From positions 56,298,001 to 56,362,000 of the forward strand of contig NC_087437.1 of NCBI RefSeq assembly GCF_036321535.1: a DNA stretch of 64,000 nt. The letters run 5' to 3'. The DNA comes from Camelus dromedarius. Its lineage: Eukaryota. A program made the position numbers and the translations under genes. The notes under the pieces were generated by a model. The model saw only the letters and a list, made by a program, of their open reading frames with translations. It had not been told where the DNA came from and ran no database searches. Positions 39,790-52,452 of this stretch are shown here, piece after piece (positions within the stretch are counted from its first letter, which is position 1; the number at the start of each line of letters is the position of its first letter).

Positions 39790-42560
39790 TTTTTGTTCTA
39801 CTTTATACATTTTTCTAATATAATAAATGTGAAGTAAACTACAAATTATTTTAAATCTATACTTCAGTGAATTTGACATATGTACACACCCATTAACCTG
39901 TCACCATAAGTCACTGTAATTGAGATACTGAACAGTTTCATCAATCCCAAATTTTCCTTAAGTCTCTTTGCAATCCTTCCCTCCCTCCAACCAGTCCCCA
40001 ACCAATCACCATCTGATTTGATACTACAGATTACTAGCTGTCTTTAGAATTTTATATAAATGGAATCATAAGGTATGAGCTCTTTTATGTCTGGTTTCTC
40101 CCATCCAAATTCATCTATGTTGCTGCAAGTCCATTTATTTATATTGCTGAGTAATATTCCTTTTGTCAAAATTTATTTATTGATTAACTTGTTAATGAAC
40201 GTTTGTTTGTAGGCTTCATCAATTACAAGAAAATCGTCCATGAACATTCATATACAAGTTTTTGTGGGGACATGTGTCTTCCTTCCTCTTGGGCAAATGC
40301 TTAGGAAATGAATGGGTGAGTTATCTAGGAGGTAAATGTATGTTAAACTTTTTAGGAAATTTTCTAACTGTTTTTCAATGCAGTTGTAACATGTTACATT
40401 TCTATGAAAAGCACATGATTGTTACAGCTGCTCCACATTTTTGATCAACATTTTGTATAGTCATTTTATTTCAAATGGTCTAAGGGGTATGTAGTGGTAC
40501 ATCATAATTTTTTTGGTTTGAATTCCTCTGATGACAAAGATGTTAAGCATATTTTCATATGTTATTGGCCATTTGTATCTATCTTTGATGAAATGTGTGT
40601 TCAGATCTTGTCAATGTTTTTAACTGAGTTGTATGCCTTGTGATTGAGATGTAAGAATTTTTAATATATTCTGGATACAAGTCCTTTGTCTTATATATGT
40701 GTTGCAAATATTTCCGCTCAGTTGGTCATCTGAATATTTATTTTCTTATGAGCAAAGATTTTTATTTTGATAAAGTCTAATGTATATATACCTATATATT
40801 TAATTGCATACTTCATAATATGCAAGATGAATAAATTCTGAAGATCTATCATACAACATAGTTCCTATATAGCTAACAATATTATGTGATCTACTTAAAA
40901 TTTATTAAGAGGGTGGATCTTATGTTAAGTATTCTTACCACATGTAAGTAGCAATAATAATAATAGTGGAGATGTAGGACAACTTTAAGAGACAATGGAT
41001 GTGTCTTTGGCTTTAATGGTGGTGATGATTTCATGAGTGTATACTTACTCTCAAACTCTTTGAGTTGTATACATTAACTATATACAGCTTTTTTGCATGT
41101 TAATCCTCCCTCAATAAAGGGGCTTTAAAAACAAGCATAATTTACCATATAAACAGAATAAAGGAGAAAATCATGTAACAATTTCGATAGATGTAGAAGA
41201 AACTTGGCAAAATTTAATACTGATTCTCAACAAAAGTATTACTAAAACTCAATGGGGGAAGGAAAATCTTTTCAATAAATTGTGCTGAAATACCAAATAT
41301 CTTTATAGAAAAGAATAAACATCAATGTTTACCTTACCTCATACACAGAAACTGTTCAAAGTGGATTATGAACAAAAATAAAAGAACCCAAAGTATAAAA
41401 TGTCTAGAATAAAAGACAAGAATATATCTTTGTGAAATCAAGGTAGACAAAGATCTATTACAAAGCCCATAAAATATATGTATGCCATCTGTGGGGGCTC
41501 ATGCATTCTGTCTGTAGAGGGTGTGAGGAATGAGCCAAAAGGGGAAAAGGGTACAGAGTGCTGGGGGCACGTGTCTGCTAGCTGGGTGGGTCTGCGAATG
41601 GGGTGTCCCACAGGGTCTGTGGGCTGAGCTTTTGGTGGAGTCCGTGAGGCAGTCGGCAGGATCTGTGGCCGGATGAGATCTGCATGTCTCTTGCTATGAA
41701 TCCCTGTCCTTTTTTTTTTTTTTTTTGTGGCTCTTACCTGTCTCCAAACTACAGCCATGCCAGCGCTCTGGTGGGGTGAGCCTTTTGGGTAGCGTCTTGG
41801 AAAGCTGGGAAAGCTTAAATAGCTGCTTTAAAGTCCTATCTGATCACTTATACATCTACATGATCTTGGTTTGGCATCTTTTGATTGTCTTTACTCTTAG
41901 AATGGATTTCCTTTCCTAATTCTTTGTATGTTAGTTAATTTTGGATCATGCCATGAAAATTGTGAATGCTTTATTGCTTATACTATGAATTCTTCTATAA
42001 TTCTCTGAAAACATTCTTTTATCTTTCAGCAATCAATCGATCCAGTTATGTTTCGATTGTAAGTTCTATCTTACCTTCTGAAGATGGTGGCTCAAGTCGC
42101 AGTTTTCAAACTTCACTCCGTTGTTTGAGTCAGTCCTGTACATGCAGTTAAGCTGAGATATGTGTGAGTTCATTCCCCAAATTAAGGATTCTCTCCCTAG
42201 CTCTCCTCCATCTTCTAAGAGCCCCCAGCCCACTTAGGTTCCTTCCCTTGTTTCCTGTCCCCAGAAAAAAAGGTTGAGCTGTTGGAATTTCAGCTGCCCA
42301 CACTGCATCACTCTGTAGTCATGGTTCACCTTCAAATACTGCCAAAGGGGTAGAAGCCCCGAGAACTCACCCTCATGCTGTTGCTTCTCCGTATTTTGAC
42401 TCCTCTTCATAGCTATTTACATTTGCTTACTCTCCGTAGTTAAAACATACATAGTTGTGGGTTTTTCTGTTTTAGGTTTTGTTTTTTGTATTTTGTGTAG
42501 AGTTCTTGGCTGTTGCCAGCAGGAGGATTGCGTTATTGGGGGCTCACATAACCATGCAAG
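39790..42560. mobile_element. Mosaic of old L1 fragments in both orientations
   Basis: About 39790-40790 antisense L1M 3' region, 40810-41130 sense L1 3' end with AATAAA, 41130-41480 sense ORF2-like, 41870-42560 antisense 5'-region-like. Confidence 0.7.
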
Positions 42561-44329
42561 AACTGGAACTCACACTGTTTTCTTTACAAAGTGCTCTCTT
42601 CCATTTTTTGTCATACATTCCAGAGGGAATTATACTTTAGATCATGGGGGAGGAGAAAGGGGTGAGACAAAAGAAGCAGTATTCAATTATTTATCCTGTA
42701 TCTTCAGTGTATGATAAGGCTCGTGCTATAGAGGAAGGAACATCAGAGCTTTAGTCCTATTTGAAATTAGTTAGTTGTCCGTGCTTAGAGAATCACTTTT
42801 CTTCTTAGAGCCTCAGTTTACTCAGGAATATATTACCAGATCTCGTTGTAGAAATTCTTTATGAACTCCGTATTTCTACCGAAAATAGGAAACTCTGACA
42901 TTCTGACATAGCTATTTTAGTAGATAACTTTGTTTACCACTTTTGGTTATTCAGAAGCATTTTAGCATTAATGCACCCATTTTGTCAAAGTAAAAGAGAA
43001 CCCTAGGAAGCGTGCAGAGACTGGATCTTGATCTGTGACTTAAACTGCATTGTTGCCACCCGTGTTAGCTGAGGCTGAAATAATCATTTGCCGACCCTAA
43101 GCATATTTTTCTTTGCCTAGTTTTCAGGCGGGCTTGGAATTAGGGATCTAAATTAGAAATTATCCTGTCTGCTTATTAACTTATAGATCGGCTTCATTTT
43201 TTTTTGAAGAAAGCAATTAAGAATGTGATGAGCCCACAGTAAGAGAGGCTGTCTGAAAGCTCTTTACGGTCCTCATCACTTAGAAGAACAGCTATGCTAT
43301 AAAATACATTTGAAATTTATGGATTTAGGACAAACCACTGTGACTATAATTTTTTTTATTTTAATAAGCTTTTTACTCCAGTAAATGAATGAGGAGTAAT
43401 TTTTAAATTACATCTGGTACTCTATGCAGTTACTTTTACTTCTCACTGCTCACAATATACCCATTTGTTCATTAGAATTTGTGTCCAGATATTATTTACA
43501 GCCAGCATGTAGATATAAAGCTATGACAAAAATAATCTATTTGGGATTTTAAGCCTTAAATTTACTTAATCCTGGGAAGGAAAGGACAGAACAGAAGCTG
43601 ACTTTTAAAAATATGAAAGTTATATTTTTTTACTCCATTTTTGAAATCCTGATACCATTTTAGACTGGACTTTGAAATTACATGATAAAAGCGAACACTT
43701 TTCATGAAGCATTATCAAGTCAGTTTCCTTGGCAAAACCATTTGGCAATGAATACTGAAATATTTTCCGCTTTAAGGTATTTTATCAGCTAATTCATGCA
43801 TACTGTATTTGAAATTTCACATCTGGGTGGTATATATATGAATGCAGCATCATAAATACCAAAAGTGATTTTTGAGAACCTCTGAATTTCAATAGCTGTG
43901 AATATTTATTTTATTATTTATTTCAGATTTTCAAAGAACTTGTCCAACATTCTCACTTTAATATAATTCCACCCTCTTTATTTTTCACTAGTCATTCTTT
44001 TATTAGTAACATCTCTGGAAACAAAGTGCATGTGTTTTGTATTTTTATGAACTAGATATTCATTTCTGCTCTTTGAAATTGTGTGACATATAGAAAGATC
44101 CTGGAAGTGAAATCAGAAGAAGTTTCTGTGTGTCTGTTCTGAGTTTTACTAAGTGATTTTTGATAAACCAACTAAACTTCTGGCTTCCAACCACTTGTAA
44201 ATGGAGAAATCCTGTTGCCATTTCCATAACAGAGATTTGAATTAAAAGTTCTTTGAAAAATACTGTCTTGTTCTCCTAAGGTGTTCCGTGCATGGTAAGC
44301 TTTCAATACATAAGTATTGATATTGATAG

Positions 44330-46790
44330 ACAGTGCTAGGCCATCTGATTCTGGCAAAATGGTGGAGTAAAAGAGTATAAAATCCCTTCCATTATGAACA
44401 ATTTGAGACACTGGATATAACTATCAATATACGAAATATGTAGTTGAACTGACAAGATGAAATGAGAATCCTCAGGTGACAGAAATTAAAGCTGAAAAAT
44501 TCATCGGTTGGATCTCTGAAAACGATAGGGCACAGAAGTTAGAGGCACGGTGTATCAGACTTAGTTGTCTAGCACTTGGATTTTAATAACCTCACTTTAG
44601 TAAAAAGTTGGAAAGAGATTGATGCAGAGAGCTGGAACCCTAAGAGAATTGAAACTTCAGTGAAAGGATGGAATAAAATCTATTCACTGACATAGGAAGC
44701 AGATAAACAACAATGAATCCTCTCTCTCTGTCTAGATCCTGGATGGAAAAAAAGGGGGAACTTGTAAACCTAGACTCAAGTCTTTGAATACTGACGTCTA
44801 AATTATCAGACTGCAAGATACAGGAATCTCCATCTCACTAATTAAGACAAATGTTCACCCCAATAAGTATGTTCCTAACAAAGGCAAACACAAAACTTCT
44901 CTAAAGAGACATTCCACAATTCAGGTCACAAGAAAATCTCACAGAAGAAGTCCTCTTGAAATGGTATCACAATGAAAATAGTTTAAGGAGGTTATAAGAA
45001 CTGGTAAGTGAATTAGAGCATTGAAAGACAAATTTGAGAGTGCCATCTGCAACGCAGCACAGAGACAACAAGACAGAAACATGGAAGACAGGGTCAGAGA
45101 CAAGAAGAATAGATTAAGAACGTTCACGTATACTTGACAGGAGTTCCAGAAGAAGACGATACAGGCATCTACATTTGAAGACAACATGGTTGAGAATTTT
45201 CAGTGTTAAAATTCTTTACTTTCAAGAAGCATAAGTTCTATAAAGAATAAATAATTCCACACCTAGACACATTTTAGTGAAACTTCAGAACACGAAATCA
45301 AAGAGAATATGTAAAAATCCCACTACATAGAAAAGACACATCACATATAAAATCACTGTAATTAGAATGACTAAAGATTGCTCAACAAAAAACAGCAGCA
45401 ATCACAATTATGGGATAATACCTTCACAATGTGGAACAAAAATAACTGTCAACCTATAATTCTCTGCCCAGCTAAGCTATCAAAAATGAGAGTCATATGA
45501 AGAAAATTTCAAATAAACCAAGACTGAGAGCACCTGACAGACTCCTCCTTCAGGAAGAAGGACTTTAAATCCTGGAAGAATTAGGATACAAGAAGTAATG
45601 GTGAACAAAATATTAGAAAATGTGTGTGTGGGGGGTATAGCTCAAGTGGTAGAGCGCTTGCTTAGCATGCATGAGGTCCTGGGTTCAAGCCCCAGTACCT
45701 CCTCTAAAAATAAATAAACCTAGTTACCTCCCCCCACCAAAATAAAAAAAATAATAATTAAATAATAAATAAAACAGAAAGCTATAAAAAAGAAAAAAAA
45801 AAGAAAATGTGTGAGCACACATATTCTACAGTCTTTGTATTGTTTGTGTGGAAGGTAATACTATTAATTGAACTTTAAGTCAAATCTAGAAATAAAAAGT
45901 AACCACAAAAAGGATACAAATGAAGATGTAAAACCTGGAAACTAGTAGCGACAAAAAAAAGGGAAATAAATTATGTTACACGAAGACTGATCTAATGGAA
46001 GAACAGAAAAGAGAAAAAGAGTAAAGAAGAAAGCATGGTATAGAAAGCCTAAAATTAAATATACAAGTAAAATTTTGAGGGCATATCGTAAAATTAAGTA
46101 GTATCGTAAGTGTATTAGATGTATTTTCTCATTTAATACTTACAGTGATGTCAGGCAATAAATGTAATAGTCATGCCATTTTAAAGATTATGGAATTGAC
46201 ATGCACTTGATTTAAGTACTTTGTTCAAACTCACACAGCTAGTCAGTAGTAGAACTCAGAGAGTCTGGCTCTAGAATCCATTCTTTTACCACTGTAATTT
46301 TTCTATATACAAAATTAAGATGGTGAAATAAATCTAAATTTATCAGTAATTATAGTAAATGTAAGGAATCTATACTTGCCAGTTAAATACAAGTGGTATA
46401 ATATTGTCTATTAAGACACTCTCAGAATGGATTAAAAGAACAGCAACAACAAAGTATGTTATTCACAAGAGAAGAATTTGACATATTAAAAAATAAAATA
46501 ATGAAAGTATAAGGGGGAGAAAAATGCCAAACAAAGGAATCCTTAGTTCATCTATGTTACTAACAGACAAAATAGACATTAAGGCAAAAATGTCCTGTTA
46601 GGGATTAAGAAGGTAAGTATATGATGAAACAGGAAAAATTCATCAGGAAAATAGACAATATTACTAAATTGCATTTTCATGATGAAAGCAAAAAAAAAAT
46701 TGCAAATCTAAAGATTTGGGAGGAATACATAAAGAATCAGCTAGAGAATAGTATTCTCTTCTTGATATCTGTATATTGGAAAATATTCTC
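44330..46790 (+). mobile_element. Degraded old L1 (5'/ORF1 to ORF2-start region) with SINE and MIR-like inserts
   Basis: L1 ORF1-like phrases (ggagttccagaagaag, ccacacctagacacattttagtgaaact, tgtcaacctataattct...cccagctaagctatc) and an ORF2-start-like cagacaaaatagac. Confidence 0.7.
45627..45801 (+). mobile_element. tRNA-derived SINE (Vic-1-like) inserted in an old L1
   Basis: A and B boxes, long A-rich tail, perfect 12-bp TSD agaaaatgtgtg (45615-45626 / 45802-45813). Confidence 0.9.
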
Positions 46791-47049
46791 AGTATAATTT
46801 TTCTCTAATTTTATCAATGCCCTTTGCTAATACTCATGCTCTAAACCAACCAAACTCGTTGAGAGTTCAGGAAATGAACGTTTTAGGCAAAATTTTAAAC
46901 ATGCTTTGGATATGGTGCTAATAATGGCTCATCTTAAATAACTTTTCCATGAAAACTTCTCTGATTTTTCCTACTAGGTGTAACTCTCCCTACTTTGAAT
47001 CTCCAAAGCACTAACTTTATATTACTTTATGGCACTTGTCTTACTTTAA

Positions 47050-47262
47050 CTTGGTTGTCCTTGACCAGGGGCAACTCTGCCCACCAGGGGACATTTGGTA
47101 GTGTCTGAAGACATTTTTGGTTGTCACAACTGAAGGGGTGTTCTGGTGCGTAGAGGCCAGAGAAGATGCTAAACGTTACACAGTATACAGAAGTGTCCCC
47201 CATAACAAGGAATTATTTGGCACAAGATGTCAACAGTGCTGAGGTTGAGAATGAGAAACCCA
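47050..47262. mobile_element. MER20 hAT MITE
   Basis: ccaggggacatttggtagtgtctgaagacatttttggttgtcacaactg ... gtcaacagtgctgaggttgagaa. Confidence 0.85.
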
Positions 47263-48082
47263 GTTTTAGTTTGTAGTATATTAATTTGATTTTTCATCAT
47301 CTCTACTTTCAGTTACATTATAAGTAACACGGACGGGGTCTTATTCACTTGGAGTCCATATAACTTGTAGTTTTTGTGTCTGCTACATAGTTTAAATCAA
47401 CATGTGTTAAATTGAATTTTTATTCAACAGCAATCCTCAGTGTCCATTATGACTTGGGTGCTCTCCTCAGAATTATGTGTAAGATTTTAAGTAGGTAGTC
47501 TTCCTCCTCTAGGAATTCCTAACTTAATAGTGAAAGGGATGTAGAAATAGATAATTTATAATACAATACACTATGTACTTAAACAAAAATATGAGGGAAA
47601 CTGATGCAGTGACAAACCAAAATAAGCTGAAGCTAATTCTGCTTCGAGGAGGTTTTGGTTAGAAAGAGCAGTGAGGTGGAGTTGGAAGGAAAAGAACTTA
47701 AAAAAAGAAACAATAGAGAAATGGATGTCACAACTTGTGGTGAGTAAGTGAGTAAATGATTCTATTCTAGCACTTTGATAACAAATCTAATTTTAAACAT
47801 GGATGAAGTAATTGTTTTAAAAATTCATAGAATGGTAAAACAGGAAATAACCTTAGACTTTAGTCGGGTAAACTAGAATTAGAAAACAAGATGGAAGTTA
47901 TAACACTAACAAAACTCTTTCCTTCCAAAATGGAGAATTTTAAATCTGCATGAAAGTGAGAGATTTCCTGGGACTCACCCTTCGACATGTCTCTCAGAGT
48001 GCTTGTCTGCGCAATTGTTTTAAATCCAAGAACCCTTCCTTGTACGTATTTTTAACTTTTCCATAGCATTCTGGTTTGGGGG

Positions 48083-48087
48083 TTTGT

Positions 48088-48136
<49 letters not shown>

Positions 48137-48160
48137 TGTTTTATGTTTTATTTATTTTTG
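48083..48160. repeat. (TTTA)n microsatellite
   Basis: Direct reading. Confidence 0.95.
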
Positions 48161-48199
48161 TTGTATTTTTTCTAAGGCCTCTGATTATAGTGTTGCTTT

Positions 48200-48637
48200 T
48201 TGTTGGAGTTTGGAGGGAACCAAAAGTGTCCACCAAACTGAGAAGGCACCTTGAGACTGAAAAATGAGGCAGGTGGCTCCATCTAATCAATGGATCAGTT
48301 TATTAGAGTTACTTACTCACAGGGTGAGATGGAGGTCAGGCGGACAGTGATCTGGAAGCACCGCATCTGCACTCTGTCGGGGAGACCGAGGGGCCACTGG
48401 GACAATTTCATAATTAACCTAGGGTATCGAGGTAGATGCTTAAAACCTGGACATGCATTCCTAAGTCAAAATTCATGAATGGGTAACTAATCTCATGGGT
48501 GCCTGAAATATGTCACGGAAGGTTTTTCATCATTGTTTGAGGACTAACAAGAGCAGCAAGGCCACTTGAACCCAATGATTATTAAACAGTATCTATTAAT
48601 GGCAAAATTCTTGATGACTGAGAAGTTATTTACTACA
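48200..48637 (-). mobile_element. Possible solo LTR, family unassigned
   Basis: About 440 bp with tgttggag...actaca ends, minus-strand AATAAA near 48300 and higher GC than the flanks. No TSD found. Confidence 0.4.
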
Positions 48638-49685
48638 TGGTACATACCCTAGTACTGATTCTAGGTAAGGTCAGCAAAAAGGTAGGAGGAACTGTAAGAG
48701 CACGTGATGGCATCAGTTACGCTAACAGCCACGCATTTTTATATGACGTTTTCTTTAATTTATTGGAATTATCTGTGTTAGCCCCAGTGGTATATTTTCT
48801 CTGCTTATTTAGTTTGTTCTATCCTTTCATTTTGAAAGATTTAATTTACGTTTGATCATTGTTTGTGTATTTATATGTAAGACTGTGATACTAGAATTCA
48901 ACAAGTTTCCTATTACAAAATTGTTATATAAAATAAATATTTCTCCTCTATTCAAATAAGTTTCGTATGAATACAATTTTAAAACTACCCAGCAACTCAA
49001 ATAAGACTTGAAAGAATAAAAAGAAATGCCAGTTCTCCAAGGGAACAATTATAAAAATTTATATCTATATAAATTATAATAATAGAGAAGTTAATTAATA
49101 ATATGAATGCAATTTTGGTTTTATAATTAGATTAGCTGTTTCTAATATTTACATGGAAAGCTAGACAAGCAAAATATCTAGGACATTTTTGAAAGAGTAA
49201 AGAAATGAGAAGTAACACTACCATATATAAAGTGTACTGAGAACATAATAATTTAAAATGTATATTAAGATATAAAAATAAAGGTGACTACCTGCTTAAC
49301 CTTCTACATTAAAATAAATGACAGGCAATTCACACATTGAAATGTGAAAATTAAGTCATAAAGGAACTAAGAAAAAACTCTGAAAATTAAACACACACAC
49401 ACATGCACAAGGGCACATCCATAAATGACACGAGGCTGTCCTTTCTGAGTGTGAAAGTTCAAAAGCCATGAAAGAAAAGATTGTTGAATTTAATTATATA
49501 AATATTTTCTAATCTGTATGGAAAAGTAGTAGAAACAGTGAAAAGAAGAGAGAAGGTATTTGGAACATATATGGCAGATAATTAATCCAATTTCCTTATT
49601 ATAGGGCTCCCACAAATCAGTAAGCAAAAGAAGAACAATGCAACTGAAAAAGTGCAACAGTTGTAAACAGAAGGGTTAGTACATA

Positions 49686-50202
49686 TGCATTAGTCAAGGT
49701 TCTCCAGAGAAAGAACCAGTAGGAGAGGGAAAGAGAAAAACAGAAAATATAGATAATAGGAGACATTATAGAAATTGGCTCACACAGTTTTGGAGGCAAA
49801 AAAGGCCCACAATTGGCTATCTACACACTGGAGAACCAAGAAAGCTTGTGGTGTAATTTAATCTGAATCTGAAGCTCTGAGAATCATTGGGCCAGTGGTG
49901 TGAGTTCCAGTATGAATTTGAAAGCCTGAGAATCAGCAGCACTGATGTCTGAGGGCAGAAGATGAATGTCTTAACTCAAGGGGAGAGCCAGTTTATCCTT
50001 CCCCCACCTTTTGTCCTACTCCGGTCCTTAGTGGATTAGACAATGCTGACCAACACTGTAAGGGTGATCATCTTTATGTGTGGTCTGCTGACTCAAATGC
50101 TAATCGCTCGCAGAGACACTATCACAGACACACCCAATAATAATGTTTTACCAACTATCTGGGCAGCTCTTAGCCCAGTCAAGTGGACACACAAAATTCA
50201 CA
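49686..50202. mobile_element. Solo ERVL LTR (MLT2-like) nested in an old L1
   Basis: TG...CA termini; 5-bp TSD acata (49681-49685 / 50203-50207); MLT2-type ends tgcattagtcaaggttctccagaga and cccagtcaagtggacacacaaaatt. Confidence 0.85.
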
Positions 50203-50524
50203 ACATATGACTCTTAAACAGATGAAAATATGCTCAACTACCATCAGAATCAGAGCAATATCAATACGCTGAAAAACCACTCTTCACCTGTCAGAATGGC
50301 AATTTTTTAAGAAGATAATTTTTTAAGTTGATAATATACAACACAGTTGAGAATATGAGGAAATAGATAATCTTATGCATTCTTGGTTAGAGAATATTGG
50401 TTCAGCCTCAGAGAAACATATTTGTCAATATTTATCAACATAGAAATTCACATACCTTTTTAGTCCGAATTATAATTTTAGGAATTTATCCTTTAATAAT
50501 ACCCCACAACTCTCAAAGAAAGAC

Positions 50525-50756
50525 AATATAATGTGATGGTTAAGAGCATAGATGATGGAGCCACGCTGTTTGGGTTTGAATCCTAATTTTGCATTTACTA
50601 TGTGTGGCCTTGGGCAAATTATTTCATATCTCTTATGTCAGAGTTTTCTGATTTGTAGAACGGGAATAATAATAGCAAGTACCTCATAGGGTTGCCATGT
50701 TTATTAAATATGGTAATATATGTAAAATGGTTGGCACATAATAGGTGCAGTATAAG
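50525..50756 (+). mobile_element. MIR SINE, near full length
   Basis: gtggttaagagc-like head, gggtttgaatcct, tgtggccttgggcaaattatt, core aataatagcaagtacctcatagggttg. Further MIR-like fragments at about 10.1, 15.1, 16.3, 24.4, 35.9, 46.2, 60.7 and 63.0 kb. Confidence 0.8.
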
Positions 50757-50894
50757 TGGTGTGATTATGCATCTCATTTGCCTGGTATGTAGTCCCGGTT
50801 TACACTTGTCCTGTCCCAGTGTAATTAGTAACACTCCTGCCCGTTTAGCCTCAACGATGTTCTCATCTGGATGATATATTACATACACACCTTA
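50757..50894 (-). mobile_element. MER81-like hAT MITE
   Basis: agtcccggtttacacttgtcctgtcccagtgtaattagtaacac; reverse orientation relative to the 1.1-kb copy. Confidence 0.6.
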
Positions 50895-51130
50895 TAGTTA
50901 AGTATGAAAGTAATTATATAATTCTATAAGGATATTATAGATCTATTATAATAACAAAGATTAGAAATAATGTCCATCAATTGATTACTTGTTAAATATG
51001 TATATTTATATTATATATTAAATACATAGTTGATCTTTTCAGAGAGATACTCTGCATTTATCAAAGAGAAAATTAACTCCAGCAATTAAATTATTAGCAT
51101 TTTTAATAAAAAATTAAATTATTTTAAGAA

Positions 51131-52452
51131 CAGTGGTTTTTAAACTTTTTGGTCTCATGATTCCTTACACTATTAAGATTTATTGACAATCTCAAACTTT
51201 TCAATTTTTGTGGGTTATTGCTAGTGATATTTACCATATTAGAAATTAGAATGGGAAAATTTTTAAATATGCTTTAAAGATTATTTAAAAATAACAATGA
51301 TATACTCCATTTTAACTTTTTTTTCACTAAAAAGCTACATTAAACTTAGCAGTAAAGTACATTGCTTTATATTTTTTGTTGTTGAATAAATGTGTGTGCT
51401 TAATAATTCAGGTTTAAAGATAATTTTATATTCTTTTGATAATAAAATGACTGAAATAACTGAAAATATCAGCTCTTAACAGTCCAAATTTTTTTAATTG
51501 AAGTGTAGTCAGTTTACAATGTGTCAATTTCTGGCGTACAGTATAATGTTTCAGTCATACATATGTACACATATATTCATTTTCATTATAGGTTGCTACA
51601 AAATATTGAATATAGTTCCCTGTGCTATACAATAGAGACTTGTTTATCTATTTTATATATAGTAGTTAGTATCTGAAAATATCAAACTCCCAATTTATCC
51701 CTTCCCACTCAATAATCATGTTTGTTTTTTATGTCTGTGAGTTTGATTCTGTTTTGTAAATAAGTTCATTTGTGTCTTTTTTTTTTTTTTTTAGATTCCA
51801 CATATAAGTGATATCATATGGTATTTTTCTTTCTCTTTCTGGCTTACTTCACTTAGAATGATGATCTCCATGTCCATCCATGTTGCTGCAAATGGCATTA
51901 TTTTATTCTTTTTTATGGCTGAGTAGTATTCCATTGCATAAATATACCACGCCTTCTTTATCTAGTCATGTGTCGATGGACATTTAGGTTGTTTCCATGT
52001 CTTGGCTATTGTAAATAGTACTGTTATAAACATTGGTGGAGAGGGTGTGGAGAAAAGTGAACCCTCCTACGTTGTTGGTGGGAATGCAGTTTGGTGCAGC
52101 TTATGGAAAACAGTATGGAGATTCCTTAAAAACCTAAAAATAGACTTATCACATGATCCAGCAATCCCATTCCTTGGTACATATCCAGAGGAAATTAATT
52201 CAAAAAAATACATGCACCCCATTGCTTTACATTTTAGCTAAAATAATAACACTCCTTTTTGCTTCACCATCCAATATGTTGTATTATCATTACAGCTTCT
52301 GGAAACTTCATTGCACACTTGAAAAAATATGAGAAAAATAAAGCAAGTAGCATTTTAGTTTTATTCTGAGAATACTTTTGACCTCACAGCCTCCCAAAAG
52401 GGTGTGTAGTACTCCCAGTGTCTTAGGTCAAAGTCTACTTTGAGAACCATCG
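51131..52452. mobile_element. hAT Charlie1-like DNA transposon remnant, interrupted by the L1 above
   Basis: Termini cagtggtttttaaac ... tttgagaaccatcg form a degenerate TIR pair. The 8-bp flanks tttaagaa / gtttagaa resemble a hAT TSD. The interior resembles the recalled Charlie1 consensus. Confidence 0.75.
51376..52220 (-). mobile_element. LINE-1 3' end with inverted 5' segment and probable 3' transduction; same family as 6140-7634
   Basis: 51489-52036 is antisense L1 3'UTR/ORF2 end and 52037-52220 is sense L1 ORF2. Flanked by cattgctttaYatttt direct repeats at 51360-51375 and 52220-52235. Confidence 0.9.

Larger units (their letters stand above)
49000..51060 (+). mobile_element. Degraded old L1 (L1ME-like) hosting the MLT2, MIR and MER81 inserts
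   Basis: A-rich L1 ORF2-like remnants on both sides of the LTR (gaaaatatgctcaac, cacctgtcagaatggc). Confidence 0.6.

Noticed and set aside
52002..52241. 79-aa ORF with an L1-like [10 protein letters not shown] motif
   Set aside because: A chimeric reading across the L1 inversion junction; not a gene.
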